The notes under the pieces: model-generated
What the model saw: the letters and a program-made list of their open reading frames with translations, nothing else
Told to the model about the DNA's origin: nothing
The model's database searches: none
Source: Octopus bimaculoides
Lineage: Eukaryota
Direction of reading: 5' to 3'
DNA: 36,345 nt
Assembly: GCF_001194135.2 (NCBI RefSeq)
Contig: NC_068996.1
Span: forward strand, 21,418,067 to 21,454,411
Part shown: piece by piece, positions 33,743 to 36,345 of the stretch
Layout: the number at the start of each line of letters is the position of its first letter
Numbering within the stretch: position 1 is the first letter of the stretch
Made by a program: the position numbers and the translations under genes

Positions 33743-34486
33743 CGGCGGCGGCAGTGGAAGTGGTGGTGGGCATGCTTAACTGAATGATAAATTATCTATA
33801 ATATAATATAGCTTTTAGTATTATTTTATATGAGGTCACTAAGAAGGAACATTGTTGTACATTAACCTCCATCTCTTTGACTAACTTATTAATGAAAATG
33901 AATTTATACATCGCTACACATTGATGAAACACTTATTAATTATATAGTGTTCCTACTGTCAACAGCAATATTTCACCTCCATATCCTATTTTCTTTTTAG
34001 GAAAATGTTTTGTTGCAGCTCCTAGAGTTGATCTAATTGACTAGCCCCCTCCCCCAAAATTTCAGGCCTTGTGCCTATAATAGAAAAGATTTTTGCTGTT
34101 ATTATTATTATTACTATTATTATTATTATTATTATTATTATAACAATTTGTAATTAATACTGTAATATGTGAATATTATGTTAATGTTATGTTAATATTA
34201 TGTTAATGTCATTTAGCTCCAGGTTGACCTTAATTGGGTAAATTTATGTTCAAAGACATTTTGGCTACAATTAACATGGATTTTTAAGTGTATCTAGGAC
34301 TACATTACAAAATGTGTCCTTCCTTTTTGTTGAATGCATTTGATGTAATCTGAGGAAAATTTGTCTGCTATATCAAGTAGGTCAATGCATTTACATAGAA
34401 GTTCCCTAACTGATCAATAACAGTCATATGTTAATATAGCATAATATGTTAATATATATGTTGCTGAAGCGTAATATGCTAATGTA

Positions 34487-34487
<1 letters not shown>

Positions 34488-34525
<38 letters not shown>

Positions 34526-34700
34526 GTTTCACTTCTGCCTTCCTGGCTGGCATGGGTGGGATGGTTTGACAGGAGCCAGCCAAGCAGAAGCCTGCACCAG
34601 CCTTCTGTGACTGTTTTGGCAGGATTTTTACAGCTGGATGCCCTTCCTAGCACCAACCACCCAGCTGAGTGGACTTAGTGCTGTTTACGTGGTAGACGGA
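34488..34700 (-). mobile_element. Family C old copy
   Basis: (CAT)n then ttttacagctggatgcccttcctagcaccaacc. Confidence 0.78.
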
Positions 34701-34742
34701 CAGGCGATTAGACATATTAATATATGTTAATGTAGTATATGT

Positions 34743-35062
34743 GAAGGCATGTGGCATAGTGATTAGGACATTCAACTCATGATCGTAAGGTCATGAGTTC
34801 GATTCCTGGCTATGTGTTGTGTTCTTAAGTAAGACACTTTATTTCACATTGCTCCAGTCCACTCAGCTGGCAAAAAAAAAGATTTGTACCTGTATTTCAA
34901 AGGGCCAGCTTTGTCACACTCTGTGTCACGCTGAATCTCCCTGAGAACTACGTTAGGGGTACACGTGTCTGTGGAGTGCTCAGCCACTTGCACGTTAATT
35001 TCACAAGCAGGCTGTTCCGTTGATCGGATCAGCTGGGACCCTCGTCATTGTAACTGACGGAG
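34743..35062 (+). mobile_element. SINE family A2, full length
   Basis: Head gaaggcatgtggcatagtgattagg...gagttcgattcctggc, then the 3' body shared with A1. Confidence 0.87.
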
Positions 35063-35099
35063 AAAAAAGAGAGGGAGAGAAATGTAGTATATTGAATGT

Positions 35100-35480
35100 A
35101 ATCATCATCATCATCATTACTATCATCATTTAATGTACAAGTTCCATGCTGGTATAGTTTAGCTAGTTTGACAGGGTCCGATGGGATCAAAGACAACATG
35201 ATACTCCAATCTCAGTGTTGGCATGGTTTCTATGGCTGGATGCCCTTCCTAATACCAACCACTTTACAAGATGTACTGTGTGTATTTTACCATGGCATTA
35301 CCGCTAGTGAAGTTGCTATGCAGCTTGCAAGACTATGGGCCCTAAAAGGAAAAGGGTGAGGAACTATATGTTAGGAGAATAAGGAGTAGAGAGGAGTAAT
35401 ATCTGAGAGATGAAGGACCAGAACAGAATGGTTTTCTTGCTGTAGAGGAACAATACAACTACTTACATTTTAGAAGAGAG
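35100..35480 (-). mobile_element. Family C-related long old copy
   Basis: (CAT)n, tatggctggatgcccttcctaataccaacc, then a segment similar to 16720-16870. Confidence 0.7.
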
Positions 35481-36345
35481 AGTGGTTGGTGTTGGTGATA
35501 AAAGTGGTGGTGAAGTGCCAAAACGTCAAATGTTAATATGATGTAATAAGATGATAATGAATTTATAAATACATATACATTATTACTATTCTAAATACTT
35601 ATTATCACCATAACATATTGTACAATAATTTATAACACTTGCAGCATTACCTTCCTCATGTTAACTGTTTACAACCAGGTGAACTGGACACAATCTATCA
35701 CACTTATAGGAATCACTATATTATGCAAGTAGATTCAAAACATATACTTCAAGACAATAAGTGAGCTCTACATACTTACTTGGTTTTCTAGAAATAGAAA
35801 CCAAATCTTTCTCAAATTTTTCATTTCATCTTGATATTCATACATTCCCAATCAAGTCTTTATAATCTGAGTTCAGAATATATGTGCGTGTGTATGTGTG
35901 TTTGTGTGTATTTATATATGTTTATATATGTATATATATATTTATATATATGTCTCTACCTCTCTCCTCTCTCTCCAAGTGATCAGTGTGCAGCCAAGCT
36001 TGACCTTTCTTTCTTGGTTTGACTACCATCCGTGCAACATCTATATTCCCCCCTATGCCTGTCATCTCTTATGTCCCTGCCATAAGGCTTCACTTCCACA
36101 CACGCCAGCTAAAATTAATTCGTCCTTAGTCGAAAGACACCTGTTGTTAATGTCCTGTTATTTGCATTTGTATTTGTGTACCATTTCTCTGGGGTTTTTT
36201 CCGTCCTTGTTTTCATATACATTCGCTGCTTTCTTCCAAGGAATCTAGTGCTCTTAGCTTAGTTTTTCCTTGCGGCTGGCCAGATTGGAGCAATCTTGAG
36301 TATAACCAGCTGAAATTGCAAAGATAATCTGGAACTTGACTGAGG

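Noticed and set aside
33712-33770. (GTT)n(GGT)n(GGC)n run that could encode a poly-Val/Gly tract
   Set aside because: Graded trinucleotide slippage array with no surrounding ORF or splice signals.

Overview
This is eukaryotic, AT-rich, repeat-saturated genomic DNA. The repeat families (tRNA-headed SINEs, RTE LINEs with (GAT)n tails, very dense TA/TG/TATG microsatellites) look like those of octopus (Octopus sp.); this is inferred from recognition, not from a search. There are seven N-gaps. I cannot support any intact host protein-coding exon, real tRNA/rRNA gene or CRISPR array. Almost every ORF in the supplied track is a microsatellite translation or an off-frame or antisense reading of a transposon fossil. 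Transposon fossils I can support: several RTE-clade LINE fragments, CR1/L2-group fragments, three restriction-like-endonuclease (RLE) non-LTR retrotransposons (two R4/Dong-like, one HERO-like), a decayed Charlie/SPIN-type hAT transposase and a near full-length decayed mariner. Non-autonomous elements: two hAT MITEs with 8-bp target-site duplications (TSDs), two piggyBac-like TTAA MITEs and at least three tRNA-derived SINE families. The most notable structures are a 245-bp near-perfect foldback (11583-11827), a Dong-like element inside a (TAA)n tract, an RTE 3' UTR with a conserved motif and repeated mini-hairpins, closely spaced inverted repeat pairs (possible ADAR dsRNA substrates), nested insertions that order the families in time, and a CpG-retention boundary near 2.2 kb that may mark a nearby gene 5' end. 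I found no convincing novel multi-gene system. Boundaries were read by eye and are approximate unless fixed by a terminal inverted repeat (TIR) or TSD.
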